Made by a program: the position numbers and the translations under genes
From: a virus
Taxonomy: Duplodnaviria > Caudoviricetes
Length of the DNA: 53,760 nt
Reading direction: 5' to 3' (one strand)
Virus record (IMG/VR): IMGVR_UViG_3300046000_006960
Location: 1 to 53,760 of that record
The notes under the pieces: generated by a model
What the model was told of the DNA's origin: nothing
Databases searched by the model: none
What the model saw: the letters and a program-made list of their open reading frames with translations, nothing else
Shown: one piece after another, positions 30,237-40,637 of the stretch
How positions within the stretch are numbered: the first letter of the stretch is position 1
Layout: the number at the start of each line of letters is the position of its first letter

Positions 30237-31742
30237 TTAGTCTATAATAGAAGGTTTCAATGTAGCAGTTCTTGATGGATCTTTAACCATTGCTCCAGTA
30301 CCACACATAGCGGTCATTGTAGCAGAGTCTTCCATTAATTGCATAATTCCACCTCTACGTCCAGAGAAAGGATCTCTAATACCAGCCATATAACCACGTA
30401 ACTCATCATCGCCACGTACTTTAATTTTTTGGATATTAGGCTCTTCCATAGATCCAATATATAAGATATCATATCTGTAAGACTCAGCAACTCCACCATC
30501 AGGGTGTAATACTTTGTTACGAACTTTATCGTCATACATTGGGTCAACTTCTAACATAATGTGAATATTGTTAGGAGCTCTCCATTCTGTGAATTGGAAT
30601 CCACCTTGGAAAGAATTGTCATGAAACTTAGAGCTAGTTTGTTTAACTGCATTTTGGTTAGTGTTATCAAAGATAGCTTTCCAACCAGAAGCAGCCGCAG
30701 TACAAGCACGATTAAATTGTGCAGCTCCACGCTCTCCAGTTCTTAACATGAATTTTCTTTCGTCAAAATCTAACTTACCTTCAGACAACTCAGATAATAC
30801 ATCTTCTAAAAGACGAATAGAGAATCTATTGTAAGTAATAGTATTTGAAACTTCCATTTGCTCTCTAATACCAGAACCAGCTTTGATTTCAATATTAGCA
30901 TTTCCTTTGTTTAAGAAACGTCCGTTTTCATCTCTGTTTGTTTTACCAAACATAATTGTACGTGATTTAATTCTTGAAAAAGCTTTTTCAAACTGCCAGT
31001 ATACTTCTTGCATCCAAGTAGCAGATTTGTGTACTTTTCCAGTGTTAGGATCTCTAGTTTCAATACCAGCAAAATATACTGGCTCTACTTTAGCATCTAT
31101 CATAGCTCCTGAAACTTTATGTTCCATACGTAATGTAGAAACTGAGTTTCTCATTAAGTAAGGTGATGTAAATTGAATTCCAGCACCTTGAGTTGAAAGC
31201 TCGTCTTCAGCGTAAGAAGATTCAATAGAGAATCTATTACCTCCTACAAGCTCGTCTCCAGGAATACCAGCAAGTGATTCTTGACCACCCCATACTTCAC
31301 ATTCGTAAACGTAATTTCCACCTTCTTCAAAAGGCTCATCTAAAATTCTAATTTGGTATACATCTGGACGAGGTCCTGCAATAACATGCATTTTAGTAAA
31401 CCATTTCTCAGCAAAAACTAATTGGAATTTTGTTCTTGCTACTCCAACTCCTGTGTCACTAGATGCAACTACAGCTCCTTGGAATCTTGCTTCAACAAGT
31501 GGAATATTTCTTTCGTCACTACCAACTACTTTCCATACGAAATCATCTGCAGTGTTTAATACTTTCTCAGGGAATAAAGATAAAGTTGTATCTAAATTTT
31601 TCATTCCTGAGTTTTGTAGCAAAACAGTTGTTAATGGAGAAACTAATTGTGGCTGACTTCCAAAAATAGCACCAATGTGATTTTTCAGTGTTAACCCTGA
31701 CCAAGCTTTTCCTTTGGTCATTACAAACTTACCTAAACTCAT
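30237..31742 (-). CDS. Major capsid protein (crAss-like HK97 fold)
   Basis: 501 aa with WSGLTLKNHIG, GSGIREQME, TGERGAAQF and HPDGGVAESYRY. Position after portal and scaffold. Confidence 0.9.
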   Translation of the reverse strand: MSLGKFVMTKGKAWSGLTLKNHIGAIFGSQPQLVSPLTTVLLQNSGMKNLDTTLSLFPEKVLNTADDFVWKVVGSDERNIPLVEARFQGAVVASSDTGVGVARTKFQLVFAEKWFTKMHVIAGPRPDVYQIRILDEPFEEGGNYVYECEVWGGQESLAGIPGDELVGGNRFSIESSYAEDELSTQGAGIQFTSPYLMRNSVSTLRMEHKVSGAMIDAKVEPVYFAGIETRDPNTGKVHKSATWMQEVYWQFEKAFSRIKSRTIMFGKTNRDENGRFLNKGNANIEIKAGSGIREQMEVSNTITYNRFSIRLLEDVLSELSEGKLDFDERKFMLRTGERGAAQFNRACTAAASGWKAIFDNTNQNAVKQTSSKFHDNSFQGGFQFTEWRAPNNIHIMLEVDPMYDDKVRNKVLHPDGGVAESYRYDILYIGSMEEPNIQKIKVRGDDELRGYMAGIRDPFSGRRGGIMQLMEDSATMTAMCGTGAMVKDPSRTATLKPSIID

Positions 31743-31768
31743 TTAATTTAATTTTAATTATTTATTTT

Positions 31769-32836
31769 TTATATTACTAACTCGGATCCAAAACCGCCGT
31801 AGCTGTTTGAATCTTGCATATAGCCTGGTGTTCCATTATCTTCAAACTTTGTTTTTCTTAGTACTTTTTCTAAAGTCTTTGTGGCTTTAGAATTTACCGT
31901 TGTTTGAAACTTACCTAAATCAGTAAAGCCATTGGTTAACTCATAAAAGTAATACATTCTAGTATCAAACTCTATTGGGTTCATTCCTCTGTCTTTCATT
32001 AACTTATTTTCAAACTCTCCTGTTTGAGGATTTTTAGCGACAATTTCTGTCATAGTTTTAAATACCTTTTCTTGTAATACTTTTGTATTTGGTATTCCTT
32101 TTACTATTTCAGGAGATTCAAATATATACTTTTTAATAGCATTATCTGTTTGCTCTTGTTGCTCTTTTTGTAATTTAAGATTTTCTTTATATCTTTCTTG
32201 CTCGAATTCTATTTGTCTGTTTTCAAACTCTTTTAGACTTTCTTTAGATTCCAAAGCATCTTCTAATATAACATCCTCTCCTAAATCAATTGTTTTTCTA
32301 AGCATCTTTCTTGCTCTGTCTTCAGATAACCCTTGATTCAGATAATCTCTATAGATCATGTCTTTAGCGATTTCCAAATTATCTCTTAAATAATCTTCGT
32401 CAATATTATCTAAATCAATTATTGCTTTTTTTGAAACTGCTATTTGATCAACATCTAAATTATCAAGATAATCTTGTAATCTACGTTCTGTCTGTATATC
32501 AATTTCTTTTTTTAAGACACCAACAAAATCATCTGTTGTTTTAATATTTTCTGAAGACTCCAGTGAAGGTATAATTCCTTGTTCAAAAAGAACATTGGCG
32601 ATGGAAGAATAGAGATTGGGAGAAGATTCGTCATCGGAAAAATCACCTTCACTATTATCGTCTTCTTCCCCATCTACGTTCTCCTGAAGTCCATCATCTA
32701 CTTCATCAATAGGTTTATCTTGTAATTGATCGTCAGCATCATCTGCTGGTTGATCGTCATTGTCTTGTGTAAAACCGTCATAATTTAATTCTATTCCAGA
32801 ACCAAATATAGACATTAAATCTTTTTCATCTTCCAT
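31769..32836 (-). CDS. Putative scaffolding protein
   Basis: Highly acidic N-terminus and coiled coil. Between portal and MCP. Confidence 0.65.
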   Translation of the reverse strand: MEDEKDLMSIFGSGIELNYDGFTQDNDDQPADDADDQLQDKPIDEVDDGLQENVDGEEDDNSEGDFSDDESSPNLYSSIANVLFEQGIIPSLESSENIKTTDDFVGVLKKEIDIQTERRLQDYLDNLDVDQIAVSKKAIIDLDNIDEDYLRDNLEIAKDMIYRDYLNQGLSEDRARKMLRKTIDLGEDVILEDALESKESLKEFENRQIEFEQERYKENLKLQKEQQEQTDNAIKKYIFESPEIVKGIPNTKVLQEKVFKTMTEIVAKNPQTGEFENKLMKDRGMNPIEFDTRMYYFYELTNGFTDLGKFQTTVNSKATKTLEKVLRKTKFEDNGTPGYMQDSNSYGGFGSELVI

Positions 32837-32865
32837 AATTTTTCTCCCTATTTATTATAAAGCTA

Positions 32866-32896
32866 CAAATATAAGCTATTTTTATTCTTAATCCAA
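32866..32896 (-). promoter_or_regulatory. Bacteroidota -33/-7 promoter for scaffold-MCP
   Basis: TTGG-N19-TATATTTG. Confidence 0.75.
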
Positions 32897-32944
32897 AAAA
32901 ATATTCAATTATTTTAATTTTTTTTATATTAAGCAATAGCTTTT

Positions 32945-35347
32945 TTATGTAGTTTTCTTTTTCTGCATTTTCTGAATCTTGTGAGATTCTTGTTCTAACT
33001 TAACATTATCATTATGTTTTCTCATGTCATTTTCAAGTTCTTTCATTTTAAGAATGTAATTTTCTCTTTTTTGTTCAACTTGTAATGCAAACTTCTCTCT
33101 TTCTAAAGGATCTTGAATTCCATCTCCATTTAAATCGCCTCCGCTAACTTCTGACTGTAATAAAGCAATATCGTATCTAGTTTGATTATCTCTTTGATTT
33201 TTAATATCTTCAAGTTCTAATTTTCTGTTTTCAATATCAGCAGCTTGTGCCATTGCAGCTTGATTATCTTTAGATTGTTGTTGAGATGCTTCAGATTGTC
33301 TTTGATGTAATTGATCTTCTGCTTCTTCTAGTCTTCTTCTCATATCCATTAATGAAGGACTGAAGTAAATATCCATTATAGTAGAAAGGCTTCCTCCGCT
33401 TTGTAAGAATGCTTGAGCGTTTTGTTTTATCATTTGCTCAAGTTCAATAGTTTTAGAAGAAGTGGTTAATACTATTCCATAGTCTTGCTCACAGAAATCC
33501 TCATCTTCAATGTTTAAGATTTGAATAGATTGATCGTCTAATATAAATTGAACCTTTTTGTTATTACCTCTTAAAGCCTCTTTTGCTGTTTCTAGAAAAC
33601 ATTCTAATACTCTTATTTTACATTGCTCGTGCAACATAAACCAGTACTCTGTAATGTGAGATGATTGATTTACAGATCTTTCAACTCCACCAACAGTTTC
33701 TCTATTTTCTATTTGACCTTGACGTTGAGCAGTAACTCCTGCAATCTCGCCCATTTCAGCTTTAATAAATTCTAGCAATTGAATATGTTGTTGAATATAA
33801 GATCCTGTTTCCATATCCATAACACGCCCACCTTGAGTATTCATTGATCCAGCTAACTTACCAGTTGCCGCTCCTTGATTTCCTTCTTTAAATGAGTCTA
33901 TTACAGCTATTTTATTTACAACAGCAAAGTGCATCCATTTATCTATTTCCCAGTTATTAGGTACTTTAGCAATATCTAATTCAAATATTTTACCATAGTT
34001 TGTTGCTATAGCTTTATTTAATCTATCCCAAATAACATCGTACATGTATTGATAGTTTTTACATCTATCAACTAAAGATACTGCTTTGGATTGATTTGTA
34101 TTGTATATTTGACCTATAATACCTGGACCACAAACAGAAGGATTATATATTTTATTATACTGTACTTTACGAGGTTTTAAGTTAAGATAAATGTCTTTAC
34201 CAACTTTTACTCCTTCCCACCATTCACTTACCCACAATGAAGTAGATTCTTCTCCTAAATCTTTATTTGGAATATATTCTTCTGATACTGTTTTAAATTG
34301 TTCAGTGCCATATTCATCATAGAATTTTATTTTCTTAACTTGCTTGATTGATTTCCATAATACTTTTAGTACACGGATGTTACCAGTATCATCAGTATAG
34401 TTAGATCCAAAAAAGTGACCATTTAGTTCTGCTAAATTAAAGATAGTGTCATACATACCCTCAACTCCAGTGTTTAATGCATCACGTAATAATACGTGAT
34501 TATTTTGGTCATCAGAATAAGAACCTTTTGAAGATGTTGTACTATAGTTTAATATATAGTCAATGTCTTCTGGCTTTAGTTCGTCATGATATACATCTAT
34601 AATTCTATGAGGGCTCCAGTGATCCTGTATAATAATAATAGATGAATCTTCAATTCTATCTGAATTACCTGATCTAACAGTATGAACTTTTAATGGATTT
34701 AACTTTGTTAATACCGGTTCATTTTGAATTATATCACATTGATAAATTTCTTCAGCAAATATTAAAGCATCCTTAAATCCGTCATTAAATATTCTATCAA
34801 ACCTTTGTTCTTGAGAATAATGTTTTAATATTTGACTTGCAGTTTTCTCTCTAATATCTTGCCAAGTATACTTCATGTGTTTACCAAGTTCTTCCATTTT
34901 AGCTTTTAATTCTTCTTCAGAATAATTAGCTTGTAAAAACTCAGTAACTTTTTGTTGTAAGAATGTTTTCTTATCTTCTTCTTTCTTTGTTATAGCATCA
35001 GGATTAGTAACTATACAATTCCAATCAAACCTTCTTTTAATCTCTTCTCCAACAAGCAAGTCTATTTTAGGAACTACTATTGGGTGATGAGGAATATTAT
35101 CTGGAACAAATGAAGCATCTATTTGATGTGGGTTTACAACGTTAGATAAATCTCTTACATCTATAATGCCATTATACATGTTTAAGTTTATGATCTTATT
35201 TTGCAAACTTTTTCTAACTCTTTCGTTATTATAGAAAGAGTGTCTATCTGCGTAGTCTACACAAGATTTTCTCCATTCCAAATTCTTTTGTTTATAAGGT
35301 AATCTTTGTCTTGGTAAAACCAGCGAATTTATTCTTGGTGTTGACAT
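32945..35347 (-). CDS. Portal protein
   Basis: 800 aa with LPRQRLP..QKNLEW, PKIDLLVGEE, WVSEWWEG, GVTAQRQGQI..RETVGGVER. Directly after TerL. Confidence 0.9.
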   Translation of the reverse strand: MSTPRINSLVLPRQRLPYKQKNLEWRKSCVDYADRHSFYNNERVRKSLQNKIINLNMYNGIIDVRDLSNVVNPHQIDASFVPDNIPHHPIVVPKIDLLVGEEIKRRFDWNCIVTNPDAITKKEEDKKTFLQQKVTEFLQANYSEEELKAKMEELGKHMKYTWQDIREKTASQILKHYSQEQRFDRIFNDGFKDALIFAEEIYQCDIIQNEPVLTKLNPLKVHTVRSGNSDRIEDSSIIIIQDHWSPHRIIDVYHDELKPEDIDYILNYSTTSSKGSYSDDQNNHVLLRDALNTGVEGMYDTIFNLAELNGHFFGSNYTDDTGNIRVLKVLWKSIKQVKKIKFYDEYGTEQFKTVSEEYIPNKDLGEESTSLWVSEWWEGVKVGKDIYLNLKPRKVQYNKIYNPSVCGPGIIGQIYNTNQSKAVSLVDRCKNYQYMYDVIWDRLNKAIATNYGKIFELDIAKVPNNWEIDKWMHFAVVNKIAVIDSFKEGNQGAATGKLAGSMNTQGGRVMDMETGSYIQQHIQLLEFIKAEMGEIAGVTAQRQGQIENRETVGGVERSVNQSSHITEYWFMLHEQCKIRVLECFLETAKEALRGNNKKVQFILDDQSIQILNIEDEDFCEQDYGIVLTTSSKTIELEQMIKQNAQAFLQSGGSLSTIMDIYFSPSLMDMRRRLEEAEDQLHQRQSEASQQQSKDNQAAMAQAADIENRKLELEDIKNQRDNQTRYDIALLQSEVSGGDLNGDGIQDPLEREKFALQVEQKRENYILKMKELENDMRKHNDNVKLEQESHKIQKMQKKKTT

Positions 35348-35373
35348 AAGTTTTAATTAATATTTTTAACTTG

Positions 35374-35404
35374 CTAATATACTAAAAATTTAATCTAAAT
35401 CCAA
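35374..35404 (-). promoter_or_regulatory. Bacteroidota -33/-7 promoter for portal
   Basis: TTGG-N19-TATATTAG (one mismatch to consensus). Confidence 0.65.
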
Positions 35405-35452
35405 ATAAATCCAGATAAAAGATTAAATTTTTAATATTAAGTAATAGCTTTT

Positions 35453-37687
35453 TTAGTAATGTTGCTTTCTTGCATTCCAGTTTCTTTCAAAGAATTTATC
35501 ATTAGAAACTTGATCTATTTTTTTGTGCTGATTAGCTATAGCCGCATTAGTTCTTTTTACTCTATCTTCTCTAAGCAGAAATAACATACCTCCTGCAGAT
35601 ACACGGTCAAAGTTGCCATCACTATTCCAAGCAACACATTCTTCTAAATAAGGTATGCTTCTTATGTGATGTAGCTTTAAACTATTATCTTCTTCATCTC
35701 CTTCGTTATATTGCGTAAGCATGTATTGTGCCTGAAGTAATCTTCCCCATTTATTTATCTCTCGATTAGCATGAGTTCCTTTAGCTTTGTTTCCATATAG
35801 ATTAGTAGCTTTTACCATATCCATATCTTTAAGTATCTGAGGCACATCGCATAAATAATGCAAACAATTTCTTGCATCAAAATAACTAAACAAACCTTTT
35901 AAGTTGCTTTCGTAGTTTGCTTCTGCATTATAAAATTTAAGAAGTCTTAATGACAGTTCATAAGCATCATTTGCTAATCTTGGTCTTCCTGTATATTCAG
36001 CAACAATTCTATCTGTAAAAGTATCCATTATTAAAATACTAAATAAAGATGTTCCTGTGTCTGCGTCAATAGGGTCAATACCAGCAATATATCTTCCTCT
36101 TTGTATTTCTCCATGACCATTTTTCTTTGGCATTTCAAATATTTCAAGACAACCTGTTCTATCTGTATCAGAACTATCATAAGCTCTTAACGGATATTTA
36201 TCAGATGTAGGTTTCCATTCAACTTCACCTGTAGGGCCGTAAACTAATTCTCCAATATAATGTTCTGCTAAAAATGATTCCTTTTTAGGACCTATGCTTT
36301 CTAGATAGTCTTTTATATCAGCTACAGGAAATACTGTTCCCTCAGTACGCATAATTGCCTCCTGTGGCGTTATAGGTTCCTCTGCTTTCTTTTGAGTAAT
36401 AGCTCTGGCATCAGATGAATTATATTTGACTTCATGTCTATCTAATAAAATTTCAATCAAAGCTTTTATTACATCAGGCTCACCATTTACTTCATCATAA
36501 CATTCATTACGATTTAAATATGCTCCCCAAAAGAATCCACATTCTAAATCGCCATTTGCTCCTTTATCAAAAACATTAGGGATTCCTAATATATTATAAG
36601 CTCCTGGTTTATAAAATAGTTTCTCAGACCCAGCAAATGAGGCTCCTTCAACTCCACCGGTTCCTCCTGCAAGCATAAATCCAAATGATACTCCACCATC
36701 CTCTACTGCTTTTCTGTTAACGTTCCATGCTTTTTCAAGATTAGGAAACAATCCATCTTCTTCGTAATGTATTAATGGCCCACGAATACCCCTTGCTTTA
36801 TCAGGGTTATCTTTTAATGATATCCCAAACACAGATGATAACAATCCTTTACGAGATCCATATTCATCTTTATATCCTAATTGAATATTCATTTCTTTTG
36901 TGGCATCAATAGTACGCATACGAGGCAAAGGAGTATGTTCTGCTATCCAGTCTAATGTATCTAATACTTTACCCCATATTCCTTTATCTCCAGACAAGAA
37001 TCCTTTATCAGATGCTAAATGGAAATTAGGATTACCAGATCCAGGAAATACATACATATTTCTTGGTGACTCTGATGCATTCTTGAAACTAAATCCAATA
37101 CCACGAGTTTTTAATACTTTACCATGTTTACCTAAACGTTTAGCTCTTGCTGTATAGTGAAAATAAAGATAATCACCTAACCATGGTTTAGCAAACTTTT
37201 TAACACGCTCTCCTTGACTACGCTCTCCTTTACCACTTTTAGCAATAGTTTGAACCAACCAAATAGGGCTGTAATTCCAGTAAAAATACAACTCGCCAGG
37301 AATCCATTCTCCATCAGACTCTCTAACTATACCATACTTCCATTTAATTAATTCTTGCTTCCAATACTCTGCGTATTCTGATTTAGGGTTACTATTTGGT
37401 TGCAGATTAGTATACCTTCCATTGTTCTCAAAGAATATAGCTGGTTGTCTAAAATAATCCATATCTTCAAGTATGTGAGGATTAGTGATGTCAACATCTA
37501 TCCTATTATCATCATACAGTTCTGACTTTGGCCTATCTTTAGCGTAACCACGAATACTCTCGTGAGCAATAAGATTTTTTACAAACTTAATAGTTGATGT
37601 ATATTCTACAAGGTTTTCATATACTTCTCTTGGCAACGATTGTCTTAATTCATCAGTTATTACAGTTTGGTATTTATTTAATTCCAT
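35453..37687 (-). CDS. terL: Terminase large subunit
   Basis: LKTRGIGFS (Walker A-like), IHYEEDG (Walker B), GGTGG, nuclease motifs YIAGIDPID and NFDRVSA. Confidence 0.92.
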   Translation of the reverse strand: MELNKYQTVITDELRQSLPREVYENLVEYTSTIKFVKNLIAHESIRGYAKDRPKSELYDDNRIDVDITNPHILEDMDYFRQPAIFFENNGRYTNLQPNSNPKSEYAEYWKQELIKWKYGIVRESDGEWIPGELYFYWNYSPIWLVQTIAKSGKGERSQGERVKKFAKPWLGDYLYFHYTARAKRLGKHGKVLKTRGIGFSFKNASESPRNMYVFPGSGNPNFHLASDKGFLSGDKGIWGKVLDTLDWIAEHTPLPRMRTIDATKEMNIQLGYKDEYGSRKGLLSSVFGISLKDNPDKARGIRGPLIHYEEDGLFPNLEKAWNVNRKAVEDGGVSFGFMLAGGTGGVEGASFAGSEKLFYKPGAYNILGIPNVFDKGANGDLECGFFWGAYLNRNECYDEVNGEPDVIKALIEILLDRHEVKYNSSDARAITQKKAEEPITPQEAIMRTEGTVFPVADIKDYLESIGPKKESFLAEHYIGELVYGPTGEVEWKPTSDKYPLRAYDSSDTDRTGCLEIFEMPKKNGHGEIQRGRYIAGIDPIDADTGTSLFSILIMDTFTDRIVAEYTGRPRLANDAYELSLRLLKFYNAEANYESNLKGLFSYFDARNCLHYLCDVPQILKDMDMVKATNLYGNKAKGTHANREINKWGRLLQAQYMLTQYNEGDEEDNSLKLHHIRSIPYLEECVAWNSDGNFDRVSAGGMLFLLREDRVKRTNAAIANQHKKIDQVSNDKFFERNWNARKQHY

Positions 37688-39126
37688 TCGTTTTTATTTA
37701 AAACAATACAGTCTGTTGATAAAACTGTTTTAGCAATAGATACTGCGTTTTCTAATGCACACCTAGTAACCTTAAGTGGATCTATGATATTTTGTTCAAA
37801 CATATTTTTAATATGATTAGCATTAATTATGTTTTTAGGCGTATCTAAAGCTTTAAAAATAGCACATGCTTCAGGATACATAAACATATCCATAATCATA
37901 TCGTTAGCCCAATATAATGCTAATCCACCGCCTTCCACAATGCCTTCTTCTAATGCGCATGCTACAGCTTTAACCGCATCATCATATCTATCGTACTTTT
38001 CTTTAACCTCAATTTCAGATCCACCGCCTACTTTAATTAGGGCAACTTTAGCTGTTAGATTTTCAATACGTTTATTAATGATTTCTACATCATGCTTAGT
38101 TAGTTCTTTTGATTTAGATAACTCTGTAAGATTATCTATAATATCAGCAACATCAACATCGTCATGCTTAATTAGTAAAGAATTATTTTTAGTTATTTTA
38201 CAAGACTTTAGTTTTCCAAAAGTATTTGCTGTAGATTTGCCAATGGCAGTCATTATTTCTGCTCCAGTAAAGTCAGATATGTCTCTAAGGAAATCTTTTC
38301 TTACAGGGCCAAATCCTGGTGTTTTAATAACACATAATTGAATGTTACCACTCAATACATTAGATTCTAACTTACGTAATTCTTTTTCAACTATATCTTC
38401 TGTTATAATTAATAGCGGTTTCCCTGATTGTGCAAATGTATTTAGTACTCCTTGTAATGGTATTAAATCTGTTAATTTACCATCTATAATTAATACGGAT
38501 GGATCGATAAATAAACACTCTCCTTTTTTAAGGTTATTTACGAAATGCTTAGAAAAATAAGATACATCTAATTGCATTCCATCAATTAACTCTACAGAAT
38601 CTTTTTGATTAGTAGACTCCTCAACTTTAATTATATTAGAAAAATTGTAAGCTTGTTGAATAATATCGCCAATCTGTATATCGTTATTAGCAGATATACT
38701 TGCAACATATTTAATCTCTTCATGTTTTAATTCTTTTGAATTAAGTTTTAATTGTTCAATTACTTTTGGTATAATTTCATCAAACGCTTTATTAATTTCA
38801 TTTGAATCAAAATCTTTTAAGTTTTGTATAAAAGCATTAGCTAATACAATTGCAGTGGTAGTTCCATCTCCAGCTAAATCAACTTGCAATTCAGCAACTT
38901 CTTTTACTAATTGTGCGCCTATGTTTTCTATTGCATTTTTAAAACTTACCTCTCTAGCTACAGATACGCCGTCCTTTGTTATTTTATATTTATTAAACTC
39001 AGTGCTATCTGGTATAATTACTGTTTTACCATTAGGCCCCATTGTTTTTGACACTGCGTCACATAACTTTTGGATTCCATTAAACAATAAGTTTCTTGCT
39101 TCTTTTTCAAAGTATATTTCTTCCAT
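37678..39126 (-). CDS. groEL: Phage-encoded GroEL-like chaperonin
   Basis: TMGPNG, ITKDGVSVA, AGDGTTTA, PGFG, IKVGGGSE, EEGIVEGGG, IIDPLKVTRCALENAVS. Confidence 0.93.
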   Translation of the reverse strand: MEEIYFEKEARNLLFNGIQKLCDAVSKTMGPNGKTVIIPDSTEFNKYKITKDGVSVAREVSFKNAIENIGAQLVKEVAELQVDLAGDGTTTAIVLANAFIQNLKDFDSNEINKAFDEIIPKVIEQLKLNSKELKHEEIKYVASISANNDIQIGDIIQQAYNFSNIIKVEESTNQKDSVELIDGMQLDVSYFSKHFVNNLKKGECLFIDPSVLIIDGKLTDLIPLQGVLNTFAQSGKPLLIITEDIVEKELRKLESNVLSGNIQLCVIKTPGFGPVRKDFLRDISDFTGAEIMTAIGKSTANTFGKLKSCKITKNNSLLIKHDDVDVADIIDNLTELSKSKELTKHDVEIINKRIENLTAKVALIKVGGGSEIEVKEKYDRYDDAVKAVACALEEGIVEGGGLALYWANDMIMDMFMYPEACAIFKALDTPKNIINANHIKNMFEQNIIDPLKVTRCALENAVSIAKTVLSTDCIVLNKNEWN

Positions 39127-39130
39127 AATT

Positions 39131-39694
39131 TTATATGCCTGTAAATCCGTCCTCGAACAAACCCATCGTTCTACTTCCTTTAGTTCTTCCTTCTAATTCT
39201 TTTTGCTCAGCTATAACTTCCTTGTATGCTGCTTTTAGATTCTTCATAATTTCAGGTAATGTTTTTTGAGAAGCGGTTATCATTGGCAACGTTGTAACAG
39301 TACCTCCTTTGTCTGTTCTCTCTCTAAGCAAATCAGCAGTCATTTCTAAGTACTCGCTTGTATCATTAGCTGACTTCAATGCACTTTTATACAACTTAGC
39401 TATAACACTTACACTTCTTTCCTCATAAAAATTAATAGCATCCTGCATTATGGAATCTAATTTCCAATCTGTTGGCAATCCAATGTCTTTTATTATTTCT
39501 TTTAATTTTTCACCATCAGTATAATGAACATAATCTGATCTAACATCAGTGTAAAAATAAATAAATAACATTTCTTTGAAAGCCATTTCCTTGTTACGAC
39601 TTTTATCTCTTTTAAGAATAGCCTTAAAAGGCAACAGCCCCCATGCTTCTTCTGATACATGGAGGTTGTAGTCTTTCATTTCAAATAATTTCAT
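39131..39694 (-). CDS. Conserved crAss-type protein, putative terminase small subunit
   Basis: 187 aa helical protein with RDKSRNKEMAFKEMLFIYF. Upstream of TerL. Confidence 0.5.
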   Translation of the reverse strand: MKLFEMKDYNLHVSEEAWGLLPFKAILKRDKSRNKEMAFKEMLFIYFYTDVRSDYVHYTDGEKLKEIIKDIGLPTDWKLDSIMQDAINFYEERSVSVIAKLYKSALKSANDTSEYLEMTADLLRERTDKGGTVTTLPMITASQKTLPEIMKNLKAAYKEVIAEQKELEGRTKGSRTMGLFEDGFTGI

Positions 39695-39876
39695 TATTTT
39701 TTAACTTTCTCTTCTTTTTTAACTTCTTCGTTAACTTCTGAACTGTTAATGTATTCTCTTTTAACAATTTCCATAGCTGTGTTAATTGTTGATGAATCTT
39801 GCAAGTTAAATACACCTGCTTTCGCTGAAGCGTTTAACGCTTGCTCTAAAATCTTAATTGCTTGTTCCGTATTCAT
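39694..39876 (-). CDS. Hypothetical protein
   Basis: 60 aa, coupled to neighbouring genes. Confidence 0.6.
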   Translation of the reverse strand: MNTEQAIKILEQALNASAKAGVFNLQDSSTINTAMEIVKREYINSSEVNEEVKKEEKVKK

Positions 39877-39877
39877 A

Positions 39878-40000
39878 TTATTTATTTATTGCTTTATGTA
39901 ATTTTTTATAACAATACACTACATCTTCAGTGTACCATTCTTCACTAGACGCACTTTTTAAAATTATTTTTAGTAATTTTAATTTATGTTTTGTCTTCAT
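39878..40000 (-). CDS. Small hypothetical protein (40 aa, not in the ORF track)
   Basis: MKTKHKLKLLKIILKSASSEEWYTEDVVYCYKKLHKAINK. Fills the gap with a TAATG overlap at its start. Confidence 0.55.
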   Translation of the reverse strand: MKTKHKLKLLKIILKSASSEEWYTEDVVYCYKKLHKAINK

Positions 40001-40365
40001 TATCTATTATCTTTTGCTTTTATTACTCTATCTTCTACTAATGCAAATGCATTTCCATCAATATTTACTAAATCTAATTGGATCTCTCTTACTTCTTCAT
40101 ATTGATTTGTTGATTCATATCCTTTTGGTTTCATTAACTTTTCAATATCAATTAATACTTTTTGACCAACTTCAACTCCGTTTACCATAGGTCCTTTCGC
40201 AACAACAAACTGACAGTCTGATAATACATTGTCTGACAGTACCATGCCACCATCTTCTTCTAAACTATTTAAAGTAATATATACTTTATTAAACATTGGT
40301 TCTAATGGAAACTTACCCATTAAATCTAAAACGTCACCTTGTGTTAACCTTTTTTGTTCTCCCAT
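40000..40365 (-). CDS. groES: GroES-like co-chaperonin
   Basis: PLEPMFNKVYI...GGMVL...VVAKGPMVNGVEVGQKVLI...ALVEDRVI. Close to the groEL gene. Confidence 0.75.
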   Translation of the reverse strand: MGEQKRLTQGDVLDLMGKFPLEPMFNKVYITLNSLEEDGGMVLSDNVLSDCQFVVAKGPMVNGVEVGQKVLIDIEKLMKPKGYESTNQYEEVREIQLDLVNIDGNAFALVEDRVIKAKDNR

Positions 40366-40637
40366 TTCTCTTTTAAATTATTCTTTTGCTTATTTAATTT
40401 TTCATACACCTTATAATTAGTATATATTTTGCCAATATAAGGATATATAAAATTTGTTTTTAATTTATTAAAATCATCTTCATTATTAATGCCATCTAAA
40501 TCTAGATTAGATATTGTTTCTCTAGTAAACTTGTATGGAGATGAAACTATCTTTCTAATATCGTCATCTCTTAAATTAAACTCTAATCCAAGTTTGTGTA
40601 TTAGCATTTTTAATTTACTATTCTCTATTTTGCTCAT
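40344..40637 (-). CDS. IHF/HU-like small DNA-binding protein
   Basis: LIHKLGLEFNL..DDIRKIVSSPYKF...NFIYPYIGKIY. Confidence 0.5.
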   Translation of the reverse strand: MSKIENSKLKMLIHKLGLEFNLRDDDIRKIVSSPYKFTRETISNLDLDGINNEDDFNKLKTNFIYPYIGKIYTNYKVYEKLNKQKNNLKEKWENKKG

